A stretch of DNA of 63,192 nt, counting the filler, from Globobulimina sp. (Eukaryota), in NCBI GenBank assembly GCA_003354225.1. It is 40 parts of 40 records of this genome, joined end to end, with 100 filler letters (N's around TTAATTAATTAA, not from the genome) between each part and the next. Parts side by side here need not be neighbours in the genome. Positions count along the whole stretch, not along the records: positions 61,712 to 63,192 come from PIVH01015997.1; 39 more parts are not named here. One strand, written 5' to 3'. Each line of letters begins with the position of its first letter. Position 1 is the stretch's first letter. Positions 62,590 through 63,192 of the stretch are shown here, one piece after another. Made by a program: the position numbers and the translations under genes. Below the pieces are notes generated by a model that did not search any database, was not told the origin of the DNA, and was given only the letters and a program-made list of their open reading frames with translations.

Positions 62590-63183
62590 TTGGCGCTAAG
62601 AATCGCTGCAGTTGATTCTGAAGAAAACAATGCACCCGATGATTCATATGCAGCATTAATTTCATTATTCAGAGCATCACATAAAGGTAAAAATTGTTCT
62701 TTGATTGGCTGTGAAATAAAATATAAGGTATTTCCGTCGGATTATTGTAGAGAATGCAGCAAACATTTTAATTTTGTTCACTTAGCTAAACTAAAATGGA
62801 AAAAATATCACATTTGTATCTGTCCATATTGTATCATATCCCAACAATCGATATTAGCAATCAATTATAATCGCGAGAAACAGATGGAATGTATTAATAT
62901 CCTCGATATTAATAAAAAACGACATATTATATTTAGACAAATACAAACAAGGTCAATTGTTGTTAAAAAATTTAGTGACAATTTATCCGATTGTGAATCT
63001 GGTGCATATCAATTGTATATCAACATGTTTGGAATAGAGATTCAATCAGATACCTATTTTCGTGTTGACGAGATTGACGAGATTCAAGCAAAAGTTTTCA
63101 TTTTAGAACAAACCCTAAAGAAAAAAAGACAATTGCAAGAAGCCTCAGAACAATTAATAACCAAAAAACAAAAACTTTTGTAA
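62590..63183 (+). CDS. Zinc-finger-like plus coiled-coil protein
   Basis: C-x4-C..CxxC..H..CxxC followed by a heptad-rich tail; start codon uncertain. Confidence 0.6.
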   Translation: MALRIAAVDSEENNAPDDSYAALISLFRASHKGKNCSLIGCEIKYKVFPSDYCRECSKHFNFVHLAKLKWKKYHICICPYCIISQQSILAINYNREKQMECINILDINKKRHIIFRQIQTRSIVVKKFSDNLSDCESGAYQLYINMFGIEIQSDTYFRVDEIDEIQAKVFILEQTLKKKRQLQEASEQLITKKQKLL

Positions 63184-63192
63184 ATCATTGTA

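Larger units (their letters stand above)
61712..63192. other. Putatively circular 1362-bp DNA (119-bp identical terminal overlap)
   Basis: 61712-61830 is identical to 63074-63192. Confidence 0.8.

Noticed and set aside
61712-63192. Obelisk or viroid-like RNA
   Set aside because: No genome-wide rod-like self-complementarity or ribozyme is visible, and the dataset is intron-containing DNA.
1-63192. tRNA, rRNA or CRISPR arrays
   Set aside because: None recognised by eye; a covariance-model scan was not possible.

Overview
This window is not one locus. It is 40 short contigs (about 1481-1484 bp each, in descending length order) joined by 39 artificial 100-bp linkers (N44-TTAATTAATTAA-N44, stops in all six frames), so no adjacency across a linker is biological. 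Most contigs are AT-rich eukaryotic genomic DNA in the standard code with tiny GT-AG introns (about 54-70 nt). Gene content and style suggest a rhizarian, probably a foraminiferan (inference). A few contigs look metazoan-like (BEL/Pao, MULE, a non-coding repeat) and one short tract looks bacterial. Several contigs switch abruptly between unrelated genes, suggesting amplification or assembly chimeras. Recognisable genes: RPS10, SET domain, PP2C, class-3 lipase, L-rhamnose mutarotase, BTB-BACK, double-AN1 zinc finger, TRRAP/Tra1, PPR, Sec31, PYROXD2-like, SAM, SPRY, PL7 lyase, SGNH hydrolase, a multi-Ras protein, Hop2-like, rhodanese-DSP, CAP-Gly and an ionotropic glutamate receptor. Mobile elements: DIRS (recombinase plus methyltransferase), Ngaro/DIRS RT, CRE-like, BEL/Pao, MULE, Helitron and a MITE. 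The top candidate for a new system is the last contig: an apparently circular 1362-bp Rep-less DNA with two Cys-rich ORFs and an origin-like hairpin cluster.
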